From the NCBI GenBank assembly GCA_902510055.1, contig CABWZY010000004.1, positions 16,365 to 80,364 on the forward strand: a stretch of DNA of 64,000 nucleotides. Reading direction: 5' to 3'. Both the position numbers and the translations under genes were made by a program. The notes under the pieces are model-generated. The model worked only from the letters and a program-made list of their open reading frames with translations. It had not been told where the DNA came from and searched no databases. This document shows, piece after piece, positions 9,462 to 19,206 of this stretch; within the stretch, counting starts at the first letter, position 1, and each line of letters begins with the position of its first letter. The stretch is from an uncultured Candidatus Actinomarina sp. Its GTDB lineage: Bacteria > Actinomycetota > Acidimicrobiia > Actinomarinales > Actinomarinaceae.

Positions 9462-10412
9462 AACTTTTGCCCAATTCTCAGAGTAATTTAATGCTTTTAT
9501 ATTCTGAGCACCACTTTTCGTAGCTGTATGAATTTTATCTATTGCATCATTTACATTGTTGCTTTCATAAAGAAAAGTTGAATCTTTATCAAAGTATTGA
9601 GTATAAGGACTAGAGGGTGCAACTACCTTTAAGCCTAATTCCTGTGCTTCGTATAAAGGAAGACCAACTGTTTCAAAATCACTAGCATGAAAATATATTT
9701 CATTTTCTGATAGGAGTTTCATGGTTTCTTCATTGTTGGAAGTTTTAACACAATTGAATTCTTCAATATTATTTTTAGGATTGATAATTGTTATCAAATT
9801 GTTATTTGATATATTATTCAATACCTTAAGAATGAATTCAAAATTTTTATTCGGTATTTCACTAGCAAAACAAACTATTCTCCCGTTTTTGTTTGATAAG
9901 GGCACAGACTTTTCAACAATCTCACCAATTTCTATTATTTTGTTTCTATCTTGAATTGGTAGATAGTTTTTTAAATGATTCAATTGAACTAATATATGAT
10001 CAGAATCTTTACTACTTCTAATAATAAAATATCTAAGTAATAGGTTGCGTACATCATTCTTAACTAAAGGAAGTACATTTTGTATTAAGATAAATGATTT
10101 TATTTTTGTTTTAAAACCAAAATTACCATAATGAATTATCGCATCTGAAGAATTAATTATACTTTTTATATCTTTATTTAAGAAAATGTTGAGATAGGGG
10201 TGTAGGTATCTTTTTTTCTTTATATAGTAAAATTTTACTAATTCGCTATCTATGAATTGATTTTGAAGATCCTTATAAAATGGTAATTCCGAATATAGAA
10301 CAATTAATTTACTGCCAGATTCCGCTAAGAAGTCAAAAGACTCAAGGAATAGTTTTAATCCTCCTAACGACTTAACACCACAAACATTGAGTACTATTTT
10401 TTTATTCACCAT
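9447..10412 (-). CDS. Glycosyltransferase family 1/4
   Basis: 321 aa. The C-terminal HASDFETVGLPLYEAQELGLKVVAP matches the E-x7-E motif of retaining GT-B transferases. It overlaps the convergent upstream GT by 15 nt. Confidence 0.65.
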   Translation of the reverse strand: MVNKKIVLNVCGVKSLGGLKLFLESFDFLAESGSKLIVLYSELPFYKDLQNQFIDSELVKFYYIKKKRYLHPYLNIFLNKDIKSIINSSDAIIHYGNFGFKTKIKSFILIQNVLPLVKNDVRNLLLRYFIIRSSKDSDHILVQLNHLKNYLPIQDRNKIIEIGEIVEKSVPLSNKNGRIVCFASEIPNKNFEFILKVLNNISNNNLITIINPKNNIEEFNCVKTSNNEETMKLLSENEIYFHASDFETVGLPLYEAQELGLKVVAPSSPYTQYFDKDSTFLYESNNVNDAIDKIHTATKSGAQNIKALNYSENWAKVLRKI

Positions 10413-10464
10413 TTCAATGATAGTTGCTCAATAAGAACTATTTGATTACTAAAATCATTATGTA

Positions 10465-11544
10465 GTGAAAGAAAAATATGATGTTGCACTTGTTGTAGGA
10501 ACAAGGCCAAATTTTGTTAAAGCCGCACCTCTTCTTCAGCATTTTGAAGAAAAGAATATAAATACTTTATTTATTCATACTGGGCAACATAAGGATAAAA
10601 TGATGTCTTCAAATATATTTGATGATTTAAATATAAGAAATCCTGACATTACTTTAGAAACGCCAACAGTAAATATGAATGAACAGTTAAGTTTTATGCT
10701 CGATGCATTAGATGATGTTTTTAATAAGAATCAACTTAGCAGGGTAGGTGTATTTGGAGACGTTACTTCTACATTGGCTGCTTCATTAGTTGCTAAAAAT
10801 AAAAAGTTAGAATTATTTCATGTTGAGTCTGGTCTTAGGTCAAGGAATATGGAGATGCCAGAGGAAAGGAATCGAATAGTAGTAGATTCAATCAGTGATT
10901 ATTTATTTGCTCCCTCTGATGATGCAGTCGATAACTTAATTGATGAAAATATAGATCCTGAGAAAATATTTTCTGTAGGAAATATTATGATTGACACACT
11001 AAAAAAGAATTATGAAAAAATAAAAAATGGTACAAGTGACATCATAGAAGAGTTAAAAATAGAAAATAATTATTTTGTAACTACAATACACAGACCTTCA
11101 AATCTAACTGATGAGAACTTGAATAATATTTTTAATGCTTTAAGCAAATTCACTAATGAGTATTCTGTTATTCTTCCTGCGCATCCTCGATTAAGAAAAT
11201 ATATTAAAGAAAATAGTATAAAATTGCAAAATGTATCTCTTATAGATCCTATGCCTTATATAGAGTTTTTAAGCTTAGTAAATGGATCCACTCTTGTTTT
11301 AACTGACTCCGGAGGGCTTCAAGAGGAGACAACATTTATGAATATAAATTGTCTTACGTTAAGAAATGAAACAGAAAGACCTATTACTGTTGAACTTGGT
11401 ACAAATACGGTTGTTGGATTAAATACAGAAAATATAATTTCTGAAATAAATAATTCTCTTACAAGTAAACTTTCTAAAGAAATTAAAATCAAAAATTGGG
11501 ATGGAAATACATCAGAAAGAATATTTAACATATTGTATAAATAA
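10465..11544 (+). CDS. wecB: UDP-N-acetylglucosamine 2-epimerase (non-hydrolysing)
   Basis: 359 aa with GTRPNFVKAAPL, HTGQH, ESGLRSRNMEMPEERNR, DSGGLQEE and ETERP. This is the full set of WecB/MnaA signatures. GTG start. Confidence 0.9.
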   Translation: MKEKYDVALVVGTRPNFVKAAPLLQHFEEKNINTLFIHTGQHKDKMMSSNIFDDLNIRNPDITLETPTVNMNEQLSFMLDALDDVFNKNQLSRVGVFGDVTSTLAASLVAKNKKLELFHVESGLRSRNMEMPEERNRIVVDSISDYLFAPSDDAVDNLIDENIDPEKIFSVGNIMIDTLKKNYEKIKNGTSDIIEELKIENNYFVTTIHRPSNLTDENLNNIFNALSKFTNEYSVILPAHPRLRKYIKENSIKLQNVSLIDPMPYIEFLSLVNGSTLVLTDSGGLQEETTFMNINCLTLRNETERPITVELGTNTVVGLNTENIISEINNSLTSKLSKEIKIKNWDGNTSERIFNILYK

Positions 11545-11546
11545 TT

Positions 11547-12806
11547 ATGAGTAAATTTGATAAAGATCTTGGAGTTATAGGCCTTGGTTATGTAGGTCTA
11601 CCACTTGTTGTTGAATCATCAAGTGCTGGATTAAAAGTATTAGGTTATGATAACAATTCTGAAAAAGTTAATAATTTACAAAAAGGGTCCTCTCCGATAG
11701 AAGATATTAGTAACACAAATCTTAAAGAGGCTCTTGAAAGAGGAATTATTATTACTGATACTCCAGAGGGTTTAAAGGATTGTGAACATATAGTAATAAG
11801 TGTTCCGACTCCTCTTACAGATTATCAACCTGATTTAAGTTATGTTAAAGCAGCAGCCCAAACTATCGCAAAAAATATCTCAAAAGAGCAAATAATTATA
11901 TTGGAATCTACTACATATCCAGGCACCACATTAGAAGTTTTAATTCCAGAGATAGAATCAATTACAGATCTTAAAGCGGGCAAAGATTTTTATGTAGGTT
12001 ATTCTCCTGAAAGAATTGATCCTGGCAATGAAACATGGAACTTTAAAAATACTCCGAAAGTTATTAGTGGAATAGATGAAAAGTCAGCAAAAAAAATAAA
12101 AAATTTTTACGAAAGAATAATTGATGAGGTTGTACAAGTAAGTGGAACTAAAGAAGCAGAGATGGTTAAGTTGTTAGAAAATACTTATAGACATGTAAAT
12201 ATTGCTTTCATAAATGAGCTTGCAATATTATGTAATATGTTGGATATAGATATTTGGGAAGTTATTGAAGCTGCAAAAACAAAACCTTTTGGGTTTGAAT
12301 CATTTAGACCAGGACCAGGTGTAGGTGGCCATTGCATTCCAATAGATCCTAATTATTTATCATTTAAAACGAGAGAAATTGGTAAACCTGTGCGGTTTGT
12401 TGAATTAGCGCAAGAGATAAATAATACAATGCCTTCATATGTTGTAAGTAGGATTATTGAAATGATGAATTCACTAGAAAAACCAATGAACAATTCAAAT
12501 ATACTTATCTTGGGTGTAGCTTATAAAAAAGACATAAGTGACACTAGAGAGTCACCTTCTATTAATATTATTGAAAATTTGTATACCAAAGGAGTAAATG
12601 TCTCATATTATGATCCTTTTGTTGATTCATTGAAACTTAATGCTCCTATAAAAAAAGAAGAAGATATAAAGAATTTTAATAATTATGATTTGATATTATT
12701 CCATACAGCTCATACTGAATTCTCTCAAATAAATTTTGAAGAAATTGATGTCCCAATATTTGATGCCACAGGAACAGGATACGTAACTAATTCTGAAAGG
12801 ATTTAA
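11547..12806 (+). CDS. wecC: UDP-N-acetyl-D-mannosamine dehydrogenase-type nucleotide-sugar dehydrogenase
   Basis: 419 aa with an N-terminal GLGYVGLP Rossmann motif and the catalytic GGHCIPID motif of the UDP-glucose/GDP-mannose dehydrogenase family. It lies directly downstream of wecB. Substrate assignment is by context only. Confidence 0.8.
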   Translation: MSKFDKDLGVIGLGYVGLPLVVESSSAGLKVLGYDNNSEKVNNLQKGSSPIEDISNTNLKEALERGIIITDTPEGLKDCEHIVISVPTPLTDYQPDLSYVKAAAQTIAKNISKEQIIILESTTYPGTTLEVLIPEIESITDLKAGKDFYVGYSPERIDPGNETWNFKNTPKVISGIDEKSAKKIKNFYERIIDEVVQVSGTKEAEMVKLLENTYRHVNIAFINELAILCNMLDIDIWEVIEAAKTKPFGFESFRPGPGVGGHCIPIDPNYLSFKTREIGKPVRFVELAQEINNTMPSYVVSRIIEMMNSLEKPMNNSNILILGVAYKKDISDTRESPSINIIENLYTKGVNVSYYDPFVDSLKLNAPIKKEEDIKNFNNYDLILFHTAHTEFSQINFEEIDVPIFDATGTGYVTNSERI

Positions 12807-12822
12807 TCTAATTCTATCCTGA

Positions 12823-13977
12823 TTATTTATTAGCTTGAGAAATGCTAGCTGATAAACTTCTTAGTTCAAAATGCATAGGATCTGGAGAGGTCCAAGTTCC
12901 GCCCCATGCGTAACCCCAATCATTGAATATTTCAACAATCCTTGGTTTATAACCTGTCTTAGTATTTATGTCTATTGCAATGCCCCAAGCATGTCTAGAA
13001 ATTGAGCCACCTGCGTCAAAACGAGATATTCTTCTTGGTGCGTAACAACCTCCTGAACTTTTAAATTGTTCCTTTGAGAGACCGCTTTCAAGGCCTTCAT
13101 CTATTATTTGATTTAACGCTCCTAATAAAGGTTCCCACATTAACCTGTGACAAGTGATTCTTCCAAGGATAGGGACTCTTTTAGTTTCAATATTTTCATC
13201 TTTCCAAGTTTGGTCTATTGTTATCCAGGTCCCATCTCTTTCTTTAATTTGAAAATCACCGAACATTTCTTTAACAAGCGCGGTTGGTAAGACCCAGTTT
13301 TTATTTGGTGTTGAGTCTCTTCCCGATACTTTAATTTTCTTATATTCAATGTTTTTGTATATTTCAATTAAATGGTTTTCAGTAATTCTATCTCCCCAAA
13401 TAATTGCTTGTATATTTCTATTTATTCCTAATTTATATCCCATCTCTTTATTTATTACTGCTTCAAACCAGCCAACTTCAGAATCTGGAATTATTTCTCC
13501 AACTACTACTTCTACTTTTTCCTGATTTAAACCTACAAGAAACATTACATCACCTTTTTCCAATGAATATAAATTAGCTGTAAGTTCAGAAATGATTATT
13601 TCATTATTGATTAAACTTTTTGATACTTTTTTAGAATAAAAAAGATCAGATACATCGTTATGGATAGTTTTAATTGATAGGCTGTGTAAGTATTCTTCTC
13701 TAGTTGTTAATTTTTCTATATTGTTCAAATCTACAATTTTCTCAAGTCCGATATTCGCTCTACCAATAAATGTTAAATTAGAATTTAAGTTTATAGCACT
13801 TTTAATAATTCCATTAGTTACGCTATAAAAAAGACTTCCTGGTTGTGAAATACTTAGAATTTGATAATTATCAATTCTGTTTGATTTTTTGATTAATTCA
13901 GCTTCATCTTGAGCAAATGCGATATTTGGTAACAGAACAATAGATAAGATAATAAAAAAATATAATAAACGTTTCAC
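12823..13977 (-). CDS. Secreted M15-family (VanY/LAS-type) zinc peptidase with a large N-terminal domain of unknown function
   Basis: Signal peptide MKRLLYFFIILSIVLLPNIAFAQ. The C-terminal SRHAWGIAIDIN...GYAWGG...DPMHFE matches the SxHxxGxAxD / terminal His metal ligands of peptidase M15. Confidence 0.7.
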   Translation of the reverse strand: MKRLLYFFIILSIVLLPNIAFAQDEAELIKKSNRIDNYQILSISQPGSLFYSVTNGIIKSAINLNSNLTFIGRANIGLEKIVDLNNIEKLTTREEYLHSLSIKTIHNDVSDLFYSKKVSKSLINNEIIISELTANLYSLEKGDVMFLVGLNQEKVEVVVGEIIPDSEVGWFEAVINKEMGYKLGINRNIQAIIWGDRITENHLIEIYKNIEYKKIKVSGRDSTPNKNWVLPTALVKEMFGDFQIKERDGTWITIDQTWKDENIETKRVPILGRITCHRLMWEPLLGALNQIIDEGLESGLSKEQFKSSGGCYAPRRISRFDAGGSISRHAWGIAIDINTKTGYKPRIVEIFNDWGYAWGGTWTSPDPMHFELRSLSASISQANK

Positions 13978-14087
13978 TCAATATATTTTACATTATGAGT
14001 GCACAATATTATAAAGTTTTCATTTCATAGTTATAGGTAATTCTATTTTGTAACTATTATTTATATGTTTCAATAATGGAGAAGTAA

Positions 14088-16859
14088 ATGAAAATACTTA
14101 CTAACTTTTTTTCATCAGCAGCCACAAAAAGGCCTTTAGTTACTATTTTGATAGTTCTTTTACTTACTGGATTCTTTGGATACATGGCTGGCCAATCAGA
14201 GGAATTAAATACAAGCTTTGGAGGAGAGCTAGATACACCTGAAATAAAAGCTCAAGGTAAACTAGGTGAATATTTTCAAACATCAGGCTCCCAATCTGTT
14301 TTTCAAATCATCATTAGTGGAGAAGATGTTCTAACAGTTGATGGATATTTAGCTTGGGTGGAAGTCCAAAAAACTATTTCAGAAAGTGATTTACAACCAT
14401 ATTTAGTATCTCAACCTGGACAATCTTCAGTACAGGGATTTTTTGCACCTGTAGATATTGCAATGTCTTTTAATCCAATGCTCAATATGAATGCAATAAA
14501 AGCTATGGATGATGTTCAATTTAAGAATTTATATAATCAAGCTAATAGCCAAATGCCACCAGAATTCAAAGCATTCGCAAGTGCTTTATTGTCTGAATCA
14601 TATGATGAAGACAAAACTTCAGCCTCAGCAGGTTTAGCAATAGTAACTGTAGATACTGCAAAATTTGTTGAAGAATATGGATTCGATGGAGCCTTTATTG
14701 AACAGCCAAAAATGGAAGTTGCTTTAAATAAATCATTAAGTCAGATTGCAGTTGGTAATGTAAAAGTTTCTGGGTTTTCTTTTGGTTTATTATTTGGTGA
14801 CGAAGGAGAAGATTTTCAACAAGAAATTGGTGGATTATTTGCTCAGGCTTTCGCAATTATTCTTGTTGTTTTAAGCTATATCTTTTTCATGAAGTCGAGT
14901 TCATTCTCTAGGAGACCAGTTAATTTGTTAAGAAGGTTACTCGCACTTGTACTAATGATTGTTGGAATAACAGGCGTTGTCCTGCCTTTATTAAGCGACA
15001 TTGAGTTAGCTTTTCTTTCATGGATGCAATTAGATGACCCACTTTTAGGTCGAATCATTCCTTTATCAATATTTACATTTGGTTTTCTTTTAAATTCTAG
15101 AAGAAGAACATCAAGTGATCTATTTCTAAGTTTAGGTGCAATTTTACTATCAATTGGATGGATGCAAGGTGCTGGTACAATTCTTGGCCCTGGCTACTTA
15201 GATATAATTGGCGCTCCAAACCAAGTTTCACAGATTGCTCCTATTATTCTTATTGGCTTAGGTGTTGATTATGCGATTCATTTTAATTCAAGATACAGAG
15301 AAGAAATAGGTTCCGGCAATACAATTAATGGATCAACTTCTTCAACATTAAAGTCTGTAGGTATTGCTTTAACTTTGGCAACATTAGCTACCATAGTTGG
15401 ATTTCTAACTAATATTGTATCTCCTTTACCTGAACTTAAAGATTTTGGAATTCTTGTATCAGTAGGAATATTCTTTGCTTTCTTTCTTGTCATGACTTTT
15501 GTTCCAGCAATAAGAACATTATTAGACAGAAGAGCTGAAAAGAAAGAAAAGATTGATTCAGCAGCGTTTACATCTTCTGGTGATAGTGTTTTAAATAAAA
15601 TTTCAGAAGCTAGTGGAATCATTCCAAAAAAATTAAAACTCATTGCTCTAGCGTTATTGGTTAGTGTTTCTAGTTATGGATATATTAGCTTTACAAACCT
15701 TGAGACAATATTTGAATTTACTGACTTCCTTCCTGAAGATAATCCGGTTGTAAAAACCTTAGATTTACTAAGTGAAGAATTTGGTGGTGGATTTGGGGAA
15801 ACAACGAGCGTATTAATTGAAGGTGATGATTTAGCTACAGTTGAAGTTCATAATGCACTAATCCAGTCAATAAATAATTTATCTGATAAAGAAAATATTA
15901 TAGTTTATGCAGGCAATGTAGCACAAGAATCAGTAGTTGGTTCCTTAGGACAGCTTCTAGCTCCTCAATCTGGTCCTCCGGGAGCTCCTGCTGGCCCACC
16001 TGATATGGAATTAATAGGTACATTATCTAGCTACGGAGTTGATATTATGTCTGGTGCTCAAGGTTTGGATGCATTAATAGTTAAAACAGGTGGAGATGTC
16101 CAAGGTTTATACGAATATCTAGTTGGAAAGGACACTGAAACATTTCTTGCTTCAATTTACTTTAATGAAAATAGTAAGGTAACTGCTGCACAAGTAAGGA
16201 TATCAACTTCTGCAGGCTCCCTTGCTGCTGCTCAATTAAGAGATGATATATATGATGCTTTCAAACCTATGACTGATTTAGGAATAGATGTAGCCGCTAC
16301 AAACGATGCAATAGTTACACAAAGTGTAAGTGACTTAATTTCACAGTCACAGTTTCAGTCTTTAATATTCGCAATTTTAGCTTCAATGTCATTCTTGATT
16401 ATCTATTACTTTTTAGACATGAGGAGACCATTTTTAGGTGTTATAACTATTCTTCCAGTAGTAGCTATTGTGATGGGAACTTATTTAGGAATGTATTATT
16501 TAGATATTCCTTTAAACCCAGTAACTTCGACTCTTTCTGGTTTAGCAATTGGAATTGGTGTACCTTTTGTAATTCATGTAACTAACAGATTCAGGGAGGC
16601 CTTGCTTGAAAACAACAACCCTGTTGAAGCGGCAACAATTACATTGAAAACTACAGGTGGTTCATTATTTGGATCTGCATTTACAACTATGGCTGGTTTC
16701 GGTATTTTAATGACATCAACCTTAAAACCATTTCAACAAATGGGACAAGTTGTTGTTGTAGCTTTAGGCTTTGCTTTGGTTGCCTCAATATTGATACTTC
16801 CAACATTGTTGGTTTTTTGGGCAAATTATCATAATAGAAAAACTGCTAAATCTTTATAA
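14088..16859 (+). CDS. MMPL/RND-superfamily membrane transporter
   Basis: 923 aa with two 6-TM bundles, each preceded by a large extracytoplasmic domain. GLGVDYAIHF is an MMPL-type motif. GGAG lies 7 nt upstream of the ATG. Confidence 0.75.
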   Translation: MKILTNFFSSAATKRPLVTILIVLLLTGFFGYMAGQSEELNTSFGGELDTPEIKAQGKLGEYFQTSGSQSVFQIIISGEDVLTVDGYLAWVEVQKTISESDLQPYLVSQPGQSSVQGFFAPVDIAMSFNPMLNMNAIKAMDDVQFKNLYNQANSQMPPEFKAFASALLSESYDEDKTSASAGLAIVTVDTAKFVEEYGFDGAFIEQPKMEVALNKSLSQIAVGNVKVSGFSFGLLFGDEGEDFQQEIGGLFAQAFAIILVVLSYIFFMKSSSFSRRPVNLLRRLLALVLMIVGITGVVLPLLSDIELAFLSWMQLDDPLLGRIIPLSIFTFGFLLNSRRRTSSDLFLSLGAILLSIGWMQGAGTILGPGYLDIIGAPNQVSQIAPIILIGLGVDYAIHFNSRYREEIGSGNTINGSTSSTLKSVGIALTLATLATIVGFLTNIVSPLPELKDFGILVSVGIFFAFFLVMTFVPAIRTLLDRRAEKKEKIDSAAFTSSGDSVLNKISEASGIIPKKLKLIALALLVSVSSYGYISFTNLETIFEFTDFLPEDNPVVKTLDLLSEEFGGGFGETTSVLIEGDDLATVEVHNALIQSINNLSDKENIIVYAGNVAQESVVGSLGQLLAPQSGPPGAPAGPPDMELIGTLSSYGVDIMSGAQGLDALIVKTGGDVQGLYEYLVGKDTETFLASIYFNENSKVTAAQVRISTSAGSLAAAQLRDDIYDAFKPMTDLGIDVAATNDAIVTQSVSDLISQSQFQSLIFAILASMSFLIIYYFLDMRRPFLGVITILPVVAIVMGTYLGMYYLDIPLNPVTSTLSGLAIGIGVPFVIHVTNRFREALLENNNPVEAATITLKTTGGSLFGSAFTTMAGFGILMTSTLKPFQQMGQVVVVALGFALVASILILPTLLVFWANYHNRKTAKSL

Positions 16860-16882
16860 ATTTAGTTAGTACTATTAATTAA

Positions 16883-17653
16883 GTGAAGATTTCTGAATTA
16901 ATAAAAGTAATTAATGCATCAACACCTTTTGAATTAGCTTTTGATGATGATAAAGTTGGCTTGTTAATTGGTTCTGAAGATAATGAAATATCTGAAATTC
17001 TTATTGCCCATGATTTAGAAAATTCTGTATTAGAACATGTTCTTAATAACAATATAAATACTGTAATTAGCTATCACCCTGTTCCAATGAAGCAAAGCCT
17101 TAACGAGGAAGGGGAGTATGTTGATGAGTTGACAGGACTTTCTCTTGAATTCGAAAAAGAAAAAATCAATGTTATAACAGTACATACAGCACAAGATGTA
17201 AAGAATAATGGTAATGCTGAAGCGTTAGTTGATTTATTCAACATTACTGATGTAAAGGTATTTGCTAATAGTAACGAAGAATATGGTGCTGGTCGTATTG
17301 GTACTATTGACAAAATTTCTACTAATGAATTTATAAAACTAGTTGAGGAAAAATTAAATACAAAAGTAATTAGAACTAATAGTCATTATGGAAAAATAAA
17401 AGAAATTTCTAAATTAGCTATATTGCCAGGTTCAGGGACACAGTTTGTCGATGAAATAATTAACGAAGCTGATGTATTTTTAACTGGTGATATATCTCAC
17501 AGATATTATTTATTAGCTGATGATAATGAATTAGGTTTAGTACAAGTTAACCATATATCAACAGAAATACCAGGTATGAGTAAATTTGTAAAAGAAATAT
17601 CTGAAGAATTAAACATCAGAGTCGAATATTTTTATAATAAAAACTATGAATGA
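16883..17653 (+). CDS. Nif3-like dinuclear metal-centre protein (YqfO/YbgI family)
   Basis: 256 aa. DDKVGLLIG, ISYHP, TVHTAQD and GDISH match the Nif3/NGG1p-interacting factor 3 family. GTG start. It is followed by the conserved actinobacterial partner genes. Confidence 0.8.
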   Translation: MKISELIKVINASTPFELAFDDDKVGLLIGSEDNEISEILIAHDLENSVLEHVLNNNINTVISYHPVPMKQSLNEEGEYVDELTGLSLEFEKEKINVITVHTAQDVKNNGNAEALVDLFNITDVKVFANSNEEYGAGRIGTIDKISTNEFIKLVEEKLNTKVIRTNSHYGKIKEISKLAILPGSGTQFVDEIINEADVFLTGDISHRYYLLADDNELGLVQVNHISTEIPGMSKFVKEISEELNIRVEYFYNKNYE

Positions 17654-18356
17654 ACCATTTTTACTAAGTAATTTAATAGATCTTCAAGAGATTGATAATG
17701 AAATTTATAAAATAGAATCTGAAAAAGCTGAAAGTGAAGATGTAGTTTTACTTAAAGATTTAGAAACAAAGTTTAAAGAATCTAATAAAGATTTAGAAGG
17801 GGCAAAAAATAACTTATCTGAATATTTTAATCAATTAGAAAAAGATGAATTAGATACAAAAAATATTAAACAAAAAATAGAGAATATAGGAATTAAATTA
17901 AATGATAAAAGTTTAGATCCAAATGAAATAATTAATTATTCAAAACAAAAAGAGTCTGGTGAACAGCAATTATCAAAAATTACAAAAAATATTGAATTTC
18001 TTCAAAGAGAAAATAGTGAAGAATTAAATGAAATAAAGAAGTATGAAGACTTAATTGATGATATAAAGAAACAATTATTTGAAGTTTCAAAAAAAGTACA
18101 AGAAGAATGGCAATCGTTAGATGTCAGGCTTGCTGAGTCTGAGTCAAAAAAGAGAGAGATGTTATTAAGTTTTCCTGATCATGCTCAAAAATTATATGAT
18201 GATTTAAAAGCTAGAGGAGTTGAAGTAATTGCAGCATATAAGCTTGAAAATGATCAATGTGGGTGTTGTGGAGTAGATTTAACTTCAAGTGAAATGGATA
18301 AAATAACATCATCAAAATACCAACAATGTCCTTATTGTGATGGTGTAGTAGTTTGA
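17646..18356 (+). CDS. Coiled-coil C4 zinc-ribbon protein (COG1579-like)
   Basis: 236 aa. It has a long Lys/Glu-rich coiled-coil followed by CGCCGV...CPYCDG. It lies between Nif3 and RNase HI, as in mycobacterial Rv2230c-Rv2229c-Rv2228c. Confidence 0.7.
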   Translation: MNEPFLLSNLIDLQEIDNEIYKIESEKAESEDVVLLKDLETKFKESNKDLEGAKNNLSEYFNQLEKDELDTKNIKQKIENIGIKLNDKSLDPNEIINYSKQKESGEQQLSKITKNIEFLQRENSEELNEIKKYEDLIDDIKKQLFEVSKKVQEEWQSLDVRLAESESKKREMLLSFPDHAQKLYDDLKARGVEVIAAYKLENDQCGCCGVDLTSSEMDKITSSKYQQCPYCDGVVV

Positions 18357-18745
18357 AGCATCAAGTATTTTGTGATGGAGCATCAAGATCAAACCCAGGA
18401 GATGCTTCAATAGGGGTTTCAATATCCTTAGATGGTAAAGAAATTCATACTATTTCAAGAGAAATAGGGATTGCAACAAATAATGAAGCAGAATATCAAG
18501 CATTGATAGACGGTCTTAATTATTGTATTGATAACTCTATAAATGAAGTTGATGTTTTTTTAGATTCAAAGTTAGTTATTGAACAAGTGAATAAAAATTA
18601 TAAAGTTAAGGCACATAATCTAAAGGAATTTAATTCTCAAGTTGAAAATATGATTAAAGAATTTAAATATATTGAATTTAACCATGTCTATAGAGAAGAT
18701 AATAAAAGAGCTGATCAATTAGCAAATTTAGCATTGGATAAGTAA
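18353..18745 (+). CDS. rnhA: Ribonuclease HI (stand-alone domain)
   Basis: 130 aa. CDGASRSNPG, TNNEAEYQAL, DSKLV and NKRADQLAN give the DEDD catalytic set of type 1 RNase H. Confidence 0.8.
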   Translation: MKHQVFCDGASRSNPGDASIGVSISLDGKEIHTISREIGIATNNEAEYQALIDGLNYCIDNSINEVDVFLDSKLVIEQVNKNYKVKAHNLKEFNSQVENMIKEFKYIEFNHVYREDNKRADQLANLALDK

Positions 18746-19206
18746 TGTTTTTCTGGCATATAGGGCTTTCTATATCTTTTTTTAGATTTGTGTTTAAAGA
18801 CTTTACTGCAGACCTAAGATTCTTGATTGTTGGAGTAATTTTCCCAGAAATTATATATCTTAGTTTAAATTTGATAAACATTTCAGGTATATATCCAGAA
18901 TTAGGTCACACTCTTTTATTTGCAATATTTTCGTTATTTCTTGTAATGATATTTACAAAAAGAGACACACAATTAAGGAGGAACTCCTTACTCGTTTCTA
19001 TAGGTATCTTTTTTCACTTGTTATTTGACTTTATGTGGCTTAGACAAGAAGTTCTTTTCTTTCCATTACAATTTCAAGACACAGAAAGATTAACTTTTAA
19101 TATTGGTGTTCTTTTTATACAAGAGGTAATTGGCTTGACTTATTTAATACCAAAATTAAATTCTCAGGACAAGTTAAAACGTTTCTTAAGTGAAGGTATT
19201 ATTTAA
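18745..19206 (+). CDS. Hypothetical integral membrane protein (possibly YdjM/DUF457-like)
   Basis: 153 aa, 4-5 hydrophobic segments, with conserved-looking His residues (WH, GH, FH..D). No firm family match by eye. Confidence 0.35.
   Translation: MFFWHIGLSISFFRFVFKDFTADLRFLIVGVIFPEIIYLSLNLINISGIYPELGHTLLFAIFSLFLVMIFTKRDTQLRRNSLLVSIGIFFHLLFDFMWLRQEVLFFPLQFQDTERLTFNIGVLFIQEVIGLTYLIPKLNSQDKLKRFLSEGII

Noticed and set aside
15278-15643. Antisense ORFs of 100-120 aa inside well-supported genes. This one lies in the MMPL gene. Similar ones are at 36840-37181 in ilvD and 56314-56631 in ftsZ.
   Set aside because: Each is fully contained in a gene with unambiguous family signatures. They fall in locally GC-richer stretches where stop codons are rarer, and they show low-complexity, Ser/Pro-rich products typical of shadow ORFs.
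15970-16003. A GC-rich island (GGTCCTCCGGGAGCTCCTGCTGGCCCACCT) inside the MMPL gene, considered as an embedded RNA or repeat element.
   Set aside because: It is in frame and encodes a Pro/Gly/Ala linker (GPPGAPAGPP) in an extracytoplasmic loop. It has no inverted repeat and no second copy in the window.
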